From: an uncultured Solirubrobacterales bacterium
Lineage (GTDB): Bacteria; Actinomycetota; Thermoleophilia; Solirubrobacterales; Solirubrobacteraceae
Assembly (NCBI GenBank): GCA_963794285.1
Contig: CAWCDS010000001.1
Location: 235,088 to 299,087 of the forward strand
DNA: 64,000 nt
Reading direction: 5' to 3'
Part shown: positions 21,553 to 30,682 of the stretch, in pieces
Position numbering within the stretch: position 1 is the stretch's first letter
How the letters are laid out: each line of letters starts with the position of its first letter
Notes under the pieces: generated by a model
What the model was told of the DNA's origin: nothing
Database searches by the model: none
Seen by the model: the letters and a program-made list of their open reading frames with translations, nothing else
Program-made: the position numbers and the translations under genes

Positions 21553-22177
21553 CTACCGATACGCGGGCTGCTCTTCGGCGGGGTCAGCCTCGACCGCGTC
21601 GAGACGCGCGTCGCCGATCAGCCGTTCGATCAATGACACCGACGCACCGATCCCTGCCCAGTGCGGGTCGATGTCCGCGGCGATGCACCACGTGTGGTCA
21701 GACGGCCACACGAACGCCGGCGCGCCGCCTCCCGAGAACTCCGAAGGGCCCCAGATCCCGGTGTTCGCGGGCGTGCCTCCGCCCCAGATCCCGGCCTCCG
21801 AGAGTGATCCGCGAAACAGGAAGTAGGACCGCGCGGAAGGTCGAGCGCCGCGGGGAACGCCGAAGCTGGGCCATCGACGTACTGATTCCGGGAACCCCCA
21901 GCCCTCCCAGAGACCGAAATAACAGTGGTTAATTAGGGTCCTCGGTAGCGGCAGCGATCAGCTTGAGCAGGGCACGCCACTGGTCAACCTCGTCAGGCGA
22001 TGCGTGGGGATCAGCCTCGCTCTCCTGCTGGCCGCCGCGGATGGGGTCAGGAATGAACCGAACGCGCGCGTAGGCGCCGAAGCCTGCCGGGCCGAACGTC
22101 ACCAATCGCTGCCAGGGAAGGTCGCTGGCGACGATCCAGTCCGCCGCCGACAGGTCTGAGTAGATCGCAAGCGGCAT
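21553..22177 (-). pseudogene. conserved hypothetical protein disrupted by a 4-bp insertion
   Basis: GPAGFGAYARVRFIPDP.. / CYFGLWEGWG..RSYFLFRG..PAFVWPSDHTWCIAADID; frame broken at about 21930. Confidence 0.8.
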
Positions 22178-22767
22178 GTCAGGATCCTAGAGCTGATGCT
22201 TTGGCGCCATCGTCTGTAAGACACGCAGATCCGGTGTCCTGGGTTGCCGCGTCGTCGCCCACCGAGCAGTCGATTGAACTGCCGCCTTCGACCCAGAGCA
22301 GCTACTCGCCGTCGTGGCGCCACCAGGCGTAATCCGCGGCGCACCCCAGTCGCCCGACAACTGCTCTGAGTTCGTCAGGATCACGTCGGTCACGACGGTC
22401 GACTTCTCTCCTCTGCGCGCTCAGGAGCGGAAAGCGGGCAGTGCTGCCCGTGATCGTCGTCGGTAGAGGCATTCGTGGCCAAAGGATGTCACAACCGGGA
22501 GCGTCGCCTCCCGACCCCCGACATCCTTCGCGAATCGCTGGTGACGCGGGGGCGTCCTCGGGGGGCAGGTGGTGGTTGGCGCAGGTCAAGCGTATGTGGG
22601 TGATGTCGCGGCGTGCGGCGAGGAGTCGGCCGCTGTGGCGCACCCACGGTGCGCGCACCGGCCCGGCCACCGGCAGCTGACAAGCTCGGCTGCGGGTCAC
22701 GCGCGCGAGCCGTCGCCGTCAGCGTGGCGGCGACGCGCGCCGGGACTTCGCCGACCAGGAGCGTCGT

Positions 22768-23283
22768 ATGCCAATCCAGATGCATCGAACGGTCGTGTTG
22801 CTGCTTGCATTGCTCCCGGTCCTTGGCGGATGCGGAGGCTCCAGCGTTCGAGTGATCGCCGCCCACGATGCCCAGGTCACCGTTCCGAAGGGCTGGCAGG
22901 CGGTTCGGCCAGCGAGTGCCGGGCCGGTAACCGACCCGCGCACCGTGGTGGTAGTTGGGACGGCCGGCGTGCGCGCGAAGGCGTCTCGCTGCGAGATCGC
23001 CGCCTACCGGATTCCGGCCGAAGGTGCCGTGGTGGTCGCGGTCGGATGGAGATCGCTTGCGGATGCTGGCGGTGCACCGACCAGCCCGGGGCGAGGGCCA
23101 CTAAAGAAGCTCGTGGCGGTGCGCAGGCCGAGCTTTGAGTGCTTCACGGGACGAGGCACCGCCGCCCAGGTTCTGCTCGGCGGGACGCTTTACCAGGTAA
23201 ACGTTCTCGTGGGCGACCGCGCCTCACCGAAGGTGGTCCGTCAGGCGCTCGCTGTCGCGAGATCCTTCGATCGGCCCCACTGA
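22768..23283 (+). CDS. lipoprotein, hypothetical
   Basis: AGGAG RBS; LLALLPVLGGC-GG lipobox; VTVPKGW. Confidence 0.75.
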   Translation: MPIQMHRTVVLLLALLPVLGGCGGSSVRVIAAHDAQVTVPKGWQAVRPASAGPVTDPRTVVVVGTAGVRAKASRCEIAAYRIPAEGAVVVAVGWRSLADAGGAPTSPGRGPLKKLVAVRRPSFECFTGRGTAAQVLLGGTLYQVNVLVGDRASPKVVRQALAVARSFDRPH

Positions 23284-23292
23284 GCGCGAGGG

Positions 23293-23464
23293 CGTTCGAG
23301 CATCGATCACCGCCCGCTGACCGCTGTTGCGAATGGCCTTGCGTCCGACCATCGGGCAGGCGTCTCAGATCCCAACGTTGAACGCACGCTCCACATCACG
23401 CAGATACAGCTCTGCCACCGCTCCAGCGTCCGCCGGCGTCGCTTGTCGGATGACCACTCGCACC
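23293..23464 (+). repeat. boundary motif cluster (up to 3 copies)
   Basis: Best copy at 23361 CGTCTCAGAT-CCCAACGTTGAACGCACG; weaker copies at 23293 and 23437. Confidence 0.7.
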
Positions 23465-23555
23465 GGAGGAGAGTCTCAGAGTCGCGCGCACGCTGTCGCG
23501 TTGATCGAACACGGGCTGTCGCGGCTGCGGGACTCTCGGCGTCCGGTGGTCAGGC

Positions 23556-24317
23556 TCAGGCTTCGAACGCGTCCTTGAGTGTGCTGGGATCAGGTTCCGA
23601 ACGCCAGTCCTCGATCTCTGTTGGTAGCCCGAAGCCCCACAACTCGATGGTCCGCCACGGTACTGCGTCGTGATTGCGGTGCTCCTTGGACACGTCGGAG
23701 TAGCTGAATCGCGCGAGGCGGCCGTGCCCGTCCAGCCACACTTCGGCCGGGATCACACCGCGTTGCATCGATTTTGGGGGCGCGATCCGTCTCGTCAGCC
23801 GCACGAGACGCGGCCGGTGCTTGCCCGAGTAGACGCCGGGCTCCGGCCACGGTATGTGGTCGACGTCGAGCGTGATCTCGTAGCGCTCAGCGGGCAGGCC
23901 GTGGACGAGCTCGCGACCGTGTTCGGCGACAATGGCTAGTCGACCGCTGGAGAGTAGGTCAAGGAAGCCAAGTCCGAGCGGAAGTCGGGGGACACCCGGC
24001 TGAAACATGACGCTCGGTTCGGTCCAGCGTCCCTCATCCCAGGCCGAGATCGACGTGTCGTCGAACAAGATGTAGCCCGCCGCGGGCGGCGAGCGAAACC
24101 CGAATCTCCGGGCACGACCGGCCAGCCTTCCATCTCGCTGGGTGACGCGGACGATTGCGCGGCGAGACCCGAAGTCGACGATCCCCTCGTTGAGGTCGCG
24201 GATCAGGTGTGGCATCGGGCCGGTCGGCCCTCCGCGACGATTCACCGACCAGAACCGAGCAGTCTTCTCGGCAACCGTCCTCTCGTATGCTGACTCGACC
24301 GTGCTCACCACGCTCAC
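23556..24317 (-). CDS. hypothetical protein (LppX/LolA-like fold possible)
   Basis: EGIVDF...GRELVHGLPAERYEITLD...PAEVWLDGHGRLARF...TIELWGFG. Confidence 0.7.
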   Translation of the reverse strand: MSVVSTVESAYERTVAEKTARFWSVNRRGGPTGPMPHLIRDLNEGIVDFGSRRAIVRVTQRDGRLAGRARRFGFRSPPAAGYILFDDTSISAWDEGRWTEPSVMFQPGVPRLPLGLGFLDLLSSGRLAIVAEHGRELVHGLPAERYEITLDVDHIPWPEPGVYSGKHRPRLVRLTRRIAPPKSMQRGVIPAEVWLDGHGRLARFSYSDVSKEHRNHDAVPWRTIELWGFGLPTEIEDWRSEPDPSTLKDAFEA

Positions 24318-24524
24318 CAGGCCACGTCAAGCCTGGCTGCCGTCTGCTGCGCTCACGCATCGCGGGGGGATGTCCGAGCAGGACGCCTCTTCGGGCGTCG
24401 CGTAGCCGCCGCCCTCATCAACCAGCCATGGCCCAACACTAACGCCACGTGAGGGCCACGCTCCCCGGCTCGCGAGCATGCAACTCGCCGGCAGTCGCTT
24501 CCGGATGATCGAGATCCGGAAGCG

Positions 24525-24621
24525 CGCCCGATAGCCGATCGACCAGCGCACGCCGAGAACGTCCGATCGGGCGTGCTGATCGGCCAAGCCGGCGTCGCAC
24601 AACGCGAACGCTCTATGAACA
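24525..24621 (+). repeat. boundary motif pair (period 68)
   Basis: CGCCCGATA-GCCGATCGACCAGCGCACG and CGTCGCACAA-CGCGAACGCTCTATGAACA. Confidence 0.85.
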
Positions 24622-24914
24622 ACGTGGCTTAGCGCCGGATCACGAGCGAACGAGATGTCCTTCGCGCGCGTCGGCGGAGGATTCTCAGGAAAGGCTGTCG
24701 CGGTAGTCCTCAAACTCCCAGTACGCGTAGCGCGAGAGCTTCTGTGCGATCTCGTTCCAGTCGTCGCCGCTCGTGCTCAAGGGTCTGGCGAGGATCGGAA
24801 CAGAATTTGGCACTAAGGGAGACGTCCCCGAGATGCGGCGCCAGTCCGCGATCGACCCGGGCTCGAAGGGGATTCGCGGTGGGGCCAGGCCCGCGCAGTG
24901 TTGGAGGCGCGGGT

Positions 24915-26096
24915 TCAGTGATGGGTGTTCAGCAGGCTGTGGATGATCTGGGTGGCGATCGGTGCGGCCACGGTGCCGCCGTAGCCGCCGTGGGGGTCGA
25001 GCAGGACGACGGCGATCGCGATGGTTGGGTGCTTGGCGGGCGCGAGGCCGATGAACCAGGCAACGGTGTTGCGCATCCCGGGATCGTTGGGGGTGGTGCC
25101 CGTTTTGCCGGCGATCTGCAGTCCGGGGATGTTGGCGGCGGTGCCGGTGCCGTGGAGGACGACCTGTCGGAGCATCTGCGTTAGCGCGTGCGCTGTGTGT
25201 GGCGAGATCACCCATTGTTGGGGGACCGGCTTGGTCTGGAGTGAGAGATGGGGCCTGGCGAGCAGGCCGGCGTTGGCGACCGTCGCGGCGACCATCGCCA
25301 TCTGCAAGGGCGTTGCGGCCAGGTTGCCCTGCCCGGCTGCGAGCGGGCCGATCGGGACACGGCCGCTGGTGGGCAGCGCCAGGGTTCCGTCAGCGAGCGC
25401 ACCACTCACCGGCTGCCCGGGCACACCTGGCGAGGAGTAGAAGCCGAAGCGCTGCATGTAGGTCGTAATCGTCCTCGCCCCGAGGTCGACGCCCACCCTT
25501 GCGAACACGGTGTTGACAGACAGGTTGAGCGCGTCGCCCAGCGTGACGGGGCCGAAGCTCTCAGCGTTGTCGTTGCTCACCCGGGATCCGGAGATCATCT
25601 GCGGCGACCGCCCGGAGATTCGGGAGTTGGGCGCGTAGCGCCCACTGTCTAGTGCCGCTGCGGCCGTGACCAGGTCGAACGTCGCGGCGGGCGGCAGCAG
25701 CACCCCTGAGCCGGTCCGCGAGGTGCCGGCCGTGGCGAGCGCCTCGACCGCGCCGGTCTGCGGGTTCAACACGACAATCGAGCCTGAACGACCCGCCAGC
25801 GCTCGCGTTGCGATCAGCTGTGCGGTGTGGTCAAGCGTCGAGTGGGCGCCGGCAGCGCCGCCCGCGGCGGGTTGCGGGACGTGCCGGTGGACGCCTCTCA
25901 CGGACAGGGCGATCATGAGCACCGCCAGGACAGGGACCGCGACCGCAATTCCTAGGGTTACGCGTGTCGCGGCGCGCCTCCAGCCTGGGCGCCGGGCCGG
26001 GGCCTCAGCGATCTTGCGCCAGACGTCCTCGACTGGCGGCCGCTGGTCCTCGAGGACGGGGTTTGCCGCCGCGAGCCTGTCAATTAGATCATTCAT
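24915..26096 (-). CDS. anti-sigma-like membrane protein with PbpA-type transpeptidase domain (SxxK motif lost)
   Basis: MNDLIDRLAAANPV N-terminus, TM, GSIVVLNPQTGAVEAL, PPAATFD, SVN, AGKTGT, GGTVAAPIA. Confidence 0.88.
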   Translation of the reverse strand: MNDLIDRLAAANPVLEDQRPPVEDVWRKIAEAPARRPGWRRAATRVTLGIAVAVPVLAVLMIALSVRGVHRHVPQPAAGGAAGAHSTLDHTAQLIATRALAGRSGSIVVLNPQTGAVEALATAGTSRTGSGVLLPPAATFDLVTAAAALDSGRYAPNSRISGRSPQMISGSRVSNDNAESFGPVTLGDALNLSVNTVFARVGVDLGARTITTYMQRFGFYSSPGVPGQPVSGALADGTLALPTSGRVPIGPLAAGQGNLAATPLQMAMVAATVANAGLLARPHLSLQTKPVPQQWVISPHTAHALTQMLRQVVLHGTGTAANIPGLQIAGKTGTTPNDPGMRNTVAWFIGLAPAKHPTIAIAVVLLDPHGGYGGTVAAPIATQIIHSLLNTHH

Positions 26097-26608
26097 CGCA
26101 CTGCCTCCATCGAATCGGACCGTGCCGGGGCAAGGCGTCCCATCGCCGTTGCCAGGCGACGCCGAGCGCGATGCAGGCGCATCGCGAACGCCCTGTGCGA
26201 GCACCCCACCACGATCGCCGCCCGCCGAGGATCAAGCCCCTCCCAAGCCACCAGCATCAGCACCTCGCGATCAGCCATGCTGAGCGAAGCGAACGCCTCG
26301 CCGAGCGCCGAATCACCATCGCCCGCTGGGAGAACGTGGGGCCGCTCCCAGCCTAGACGCTCCCGCAACGCCGCCTGCCGGCGGCTGCTGCGCCACCGGT
26401 TGGCAACGACCCGCTTTGCGCACGCCAGCAGCCAGGGCAGCGCGTCCTCGGGCACGTCGTCAAGGCGTCGCCAAGCGACGACGAACACCTCACTCGCCAC
26501 GTCATCCGCCTCGCCTTCGATGATCCGCCGCGCTGCGTACGCGCGCACCGCCGCTGAATGGTCAACGAACAACTGCTCCAGCCGTCGACGACGCTCGATC
26601 TCGCTCAC
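26093..26608 (-). CDS. ECF RNA polymerase sigma-70 factor
   Basis: ADDVASEVFVVAWRRLDDVP..LPWLL; DREVLMLVAWEGL...RLHRARRRL; ATGA overlap with the downstream gene. Confidence 0.92.
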   Translation of the reverse strand: MSEIERRRRLEQLFVDHSAAVRAYAARRIIEGEADDVASEVFVVAWRRLDDVPEDALPWLLACAKRVVANRWRSSRRQAALRERLGWERPHVLPAGDGDSALGEAFASLSMADREVLMLVAWEGLDPRRAAIVVGCSHRAFAMRLHRARRRLATAMGRLAPARSDSMEAVR

Positions 26609-26670
26609 ACTCCGCCTATGTCCAGCACACATGCCGGAATCACAATCTTTCGGGTACTTGTAGGCCCTGT

Positions 26671-27100
26671 TCAGCCGGCATGACTCGTGTTGCCCGCGAT
26701 TTGCAGGCAGCCGATCGGGGGGTCATCGCTCAGCGGGCTGTGCAACATGCGCGCACGAGCGTCTGCCTGAGCTGGGCAGAAGTAGGTGCGGTTGCCGCAT
26801 TGGAGCCTGCCGCCGGCGTAGAAGGTGTCGCCCTTCTCTAGCCGGTCGACGACCGTCTCCGGGACCTGTTCGGGGTCGGCCACGATCGTGACCTCGTCGG
26901 CCGTAACCGTTCCCGTCCGGATCGTCGGGAACTTCTCGACGATCCGGCAGGCGTCGAGGAACCGACGCCTCGTGGCCTGGAACGACCGTCGTGGGGGAAC
27001 CCGTGGCGGCCGGTTTGCCGATGCTCGATGAGCACGCGGTCATGGTCAGGATCCCGGCGAGCAGTGTCGCGAGGATCAGGTTGCTGGGTCCGCGGGTGCC
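26671..27100 (-). pseudogene. frameshifted lipoprotein
   Basis: LLAGILTMTAC-SS lipobox; GC-biased reading continues in another frame (FLDACRIVEKFPTIRTG...). Confidence 0.45.
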
Positions 27101-27152
27101 GATCAGGCGCTCAGGCTGTTGTCCTTCCGTGGAGGGCTGTTGGAACTCCAGA

Positions 27153-27183
27153 CAGGACCCACAGCCGTCGGCTGTGGGTCCTG
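27153..27183. repeat. perfect 15-bp inverted repeat with 1-nt centre
   Basis: CAGGACCCACAGCCG-T-CGGCTGTGGGTCCTG. Confidence 0.9.
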
Positions 27184-27844
27184 CGAGCCAGTCCCAGCAA
27201 GACAGTCCGTCGACTTGCGTGGACGCTCGTCCGTGAACCAGGCCTCTCGCCGCGCTCCGATTGACAGAGCATGGTTGGTGGAGCGGACTTGGTGACACCG
27301 CCCTCTTTTCCGTTGGCCAAGGCCGCGAGAGCATCGGCGGTGACCGCCACGCCGGATAGGCGTTTCAGGTACGTGACTGAAGGGATCGGATCGGACGTCC
27401 TTGACTTTCCCGCCGCAATTGCCTGGCGATACGGATTGCCAAGCGTGCGTCGGTCGGCGCGGGCGCCGAGACTCGAGCCGCTGTGGTGGGTGAACGAACC
27501 GTTGGTCGTTCGTGGGGTTGCTCACACATGGGACAGTAGAGGCGGTACCGATCGGCGGTGGGACTTGTCGCCGCGACTTGTTCCCACACCAGAGCGCCAT
27601 CATTTGACCAACCTCCTGCCGTCCTCGCTCGCGGCGAGCAACACCCAATCCACGTCGCGCCGGGGAATCTCCGATGCGGGCATGCCGGAGGCAACCCTAT
27701 CGCCGGGCAGCCGCTTGATCGACACGGCTCGTCCGCAAGTGGATCGCTCGTCGTCGGTTCCCACGCTCAAGCCTGCCCGATCGGCGGCTGCCGCGAGCGT
27801 TGCCGGTCCCGAAACTTGATCTCTGGTTGTGTAAATCGTGGTGC

Positions 27845-29065
27845 CTATCTCGGCTCCGTTCCGCGCAGCGACTTGAACGCCGCGCGCATCTCGGTGCTGA
27901 AGAGCTCGGGCTCCTCCCATGCGGCGAAGTGGCCACCCTTGTCGACCTCGTTGAAGTACGTGACGTTGGGGTAGGCCTGCTCGACCCAGCTGCGCGGCGT
28001 CGCCCAGATCTCGCCCGGGAACGTCGTGAAGGCGAACGGGATCGACGATGCCGGCAGAGGCTTCTGCGCGGCCGCGGGGGCGTCTGGCCCGTAGGCTTCC
28101 CAGTAGGACCGAGCTGCCGAAGCGCCGGTGCCGGTCAGCCAGTAGGTCGTGATGTTGTCCAGGATGTGGTCGCGGGTAAGGTTGCCCGACGGCTTGTCGT
28201 CGGTGAAGGCGCCCGCGATCTTGTAGTAAGCGTCCGTGTCGTGGTCCACCATCCACGCCGCAAGTGCGACGGGGGAGTCCAGCAACGCGTAGCCGATGGT
28301 CTGGGGCCGCGTGGACTGCTCCACGAAGTATCCGTTGCCGCTCGTCCCGAAGGTTTTGATCGCGGCGAGCGCCGCCGTTTCCTGCTCGGTGCCCGCCGGC
28401 AGGGCCGCGGGGTCGTTGAGCGCAGGCACGAGCAGGTTCGTATGGACGCCGATCAGGCCCTCGGGCGCCAGACGGCTCATCGCGTCGGCGACGCCGGCGC
28501 CGACGTCGCCGCCCTGGGCGACATAGCTGGTATAGCCGAGACGGCGCATCAGCTCGGCCCAGGCCCGTGCGGTCCGGAACAGGTCCCAGCCGACCTCGGC
28601 CGGCTCGGCGGAGAAGCCATAACCGGGCAGCGACGGGAGCACGAGGTCGAACGCGTCCTCCGCGCGGCCGCCATGCTCGGTCGGGTCAGTTAGCGGGCCG
28701 ACGGTGTCGAGCAGCTCGATCACCGAACCGGGCCAGCCGTGCGTCATGATCAGCGGCAGCGCGTTCCTGTGCCGCGACTTCACGTGGATGAAGTGGACGT
28801 CCACCCCGTCGATCTCGGTCTTGAACTGCGGCAGCGCGTTGAGCCGCGCCTCGCACCCGCGCCAGTCGTAATCGTTCGCCCAGTACTCGGCGAGCGCCCG
28901 TAGCGTCGCCAGTTGCACCCCCTGCGAGCGATCCACGACCAGCTCCCTCGTCGGCCACCGCACGGCTGCGATGCGGCGACGTGCGTCCTCCAATGCCTCT
29001 TCAGGGAATTCAACCTGAAACGAACGAATCGCCGTGGCGCTTAACTGCTCGGTCGTGGCAGACAT
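27845..29065 (-). CDS. epoxide hydrolase (EHN N-terminal domain + alpha/beta hydrolase)
   Basis: YDWR..EARLNALPQF, HGWPGS, PSLPGYGFS, QGGDVGA, GGHFAAWEEP. Confidence 0.95.
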   Translation of the reverse strand: MSATTEQLSATAIRSFQVEFPEEALEDARRRIAAVRWPTRELVVDRSQGVQLATLRALAEYWANDYDWRGCEARLNALPQFKTEIDGVDVHFIHVKSRHRNALPLIMTHGWPGSVIELLDTVGPLTDPTEHGGRAEDAFDLVLPSLPGYGFSAEPAEVGWDLFRTARAWAELMRRLGYTSYVAQGGDVGAGVADAMSRLAPEGLIGVHTNLLVPALNDPAALPAGTEQETAALAAIKTFGTSGNGYFVEQSTRPQTIGYALLDSPVALAAWMVDHDTDAYYKIAGAFTDDKPSGNLTRDHILDNITTYWLTGTGASAARSYWEAYGPDAPAAAQKPLPASSIPFAFTTFPGEIWATPRSWVEQAYPNVTYFNEVDKGGHFAAWEEPELFSTEMRAAFKSLRGTEPR

Positions 29066-29293
29066 GTGGATCTCCTCGGTTTGGGTAGTGCCGCCCAGCC
29101 TGACCGTCTCATCCAGGCTTCGCGCCCGTGATTGCCCCGGTCTGCACCCGGGTCCGCCTCCCTACCTCGCACATTCGCTTCGCCCTGTGCCGCTTCCAAC
29201 GCTGCCGTGAAGGACCATCGGCGAGCAGCCGACACCTCCTTTCGCGTATCAGCGCGCGTAACTAGGTCTGCAAAGGGGCGGGGAAGCCGGTGT

Positions 29294-29565
29294 CGTCGCA
29301 CAAGCCGATCGCTGACAGAGACAAGATTGCCGGCGTCGCGGGCGGCCGAACTCTTCCGCTCAAGGCGTCTCACAACTGAACTGATGCCACGTCCGCAACA
29401 TCATGCGACTGGCAACACTCGACCTCGGGCACACCCGGCCGCCTAGAGAAGCACCTTTACGGCGCCGCGTGCGGCCCGCTTCGCGCCGAACTCGGGACTA
29501 ACCGCAGCACGACCCAACGCCGGAGTGCACTACGCGTGTTCGCAAGCCCAATCCTGACAGACACG
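29294..29565 (+). repeat. boundary motif cluster
   Basis: 29294 CGTCGCACAA-GCCGATCGCTGACAGAGAC; 29366 CGTCTCACAA (period 72); 29537 TGTTCGCAA-GCCCAATCCTGACAGACACG. Confidence 0.75.
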
Positions 29566-29641
29566 GCTCGCTCGACCGCTTCCCCAGTGCACCATCCACC
29601 GGAAGCGAGCCGAGGAACGCGCCAGCGGCGCACGGCGCGCG

Positions 29642-30157
29642 TCAAGAGCGCGAGGCCACCAGCTTGTCTCCGAGAGCGCGCTGGAACCACTCGCATTCCG
29701 GCGCGCCCCAGTTCCCTTGGATCGTGACCTTCGCACGGACGCCTTGCAACGCGATGGAGCGGACCTGCTCCGTGGGAGCGCCAATGTCGGCGATCAGGCT
29801 CAGCAGGCCGCCGACCAGATCGTCGCTGCCGCCCGCGGCGCTCGCCCGCGACTGGCTGAGCGTCGCGTGGTGCACTCGGTCGCGGTGGATGAGCATGTTG
29901 CGGGTGCTGCGTAGCGCAAGTCGCTGCGGCTCGAGCGTTGCCTGCTCCTGCCCGATCCGACGATACTGCGCATCGCGCGTGCTCGAGCGACCGGCGATCT
30001 GGCCCAACCAGCCTTCCTTCCGCGCGCCGACGGTCGCGAACACAAGGCAGTCCTCGTAGACCAGAAGATTCCCAGTCGTCGAGATCGGCCCGACGCGCCG
30101 CCACAACTTCACCACTGTGATCAGGCCGATGGTCCCGCTCGGGTCAGTGTCAGGCAA
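29642..30157 (-). CDS. hypothetical protein
   Basis: 171-aa ORF with plausible composition (GNLLVYEDCLVFA...NMLIHRDRV). Confidence 0.55.
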   Translation of the reverse strand: MPDTDPSGTIGLITVVKLWRRVGPISTTGNLLVYEDCLVFATVGARKEGWLGQIAGRSSTRDAQYRRIGQEQATLEPQRLALRSTRNMLIHRDRVHHATLSQSRASAAGGSDDLVGGLLSLIADIGAPTEQVRSIALQGVRAKVTIQGNWGAPECEWFQRALGDKLVASRS

Positions 30158-30682
30158 GCTCAGGGCCGGAAGTCTATGAACGATCCCATTCCGCCGCAGA
30201 TGCTCTCGAGCCCCACGAGCTTGAGTATGAATCCCGGGGCCGTGGTGAGCTCGCGGGGGGCGAGCCGTCGGCGTTCATGATCCAGACCTGGAGCTCGGTG
30301 GCTGCCGGAGTGTCGTTGCGCGATCTATGAATGAGACGGCTGGGAGGCGCTGAAGGCCAGCGACGTCGGCGCCATGGCCATCTCAGTCACGAACCTCGTG
30401 CGCATACGATCGATGAGACGCGCATCGGGCGAGATGGTCGCGCGTGAACCGGCCGTGTCGCTCGACCATGGCGTGTCATCACACGCGAGCGTGGCTTCTC
30501 TGCCGTGCATCCCGGATCGTCGCGTGGCAGACCTCGTGCATAAGTTCGGTCGATCTCGACAACGGCCGGGAGCGGGGCTATCGTGTGCGCGGCGGTGAGG
30601 ACGGGGGGCATCGACGTCGTTGATGAACTCAGAATTTCGAGTGCCGCTCTGGGTTAGAGGCGGCGTCAAGGGAGGCGCGCTC

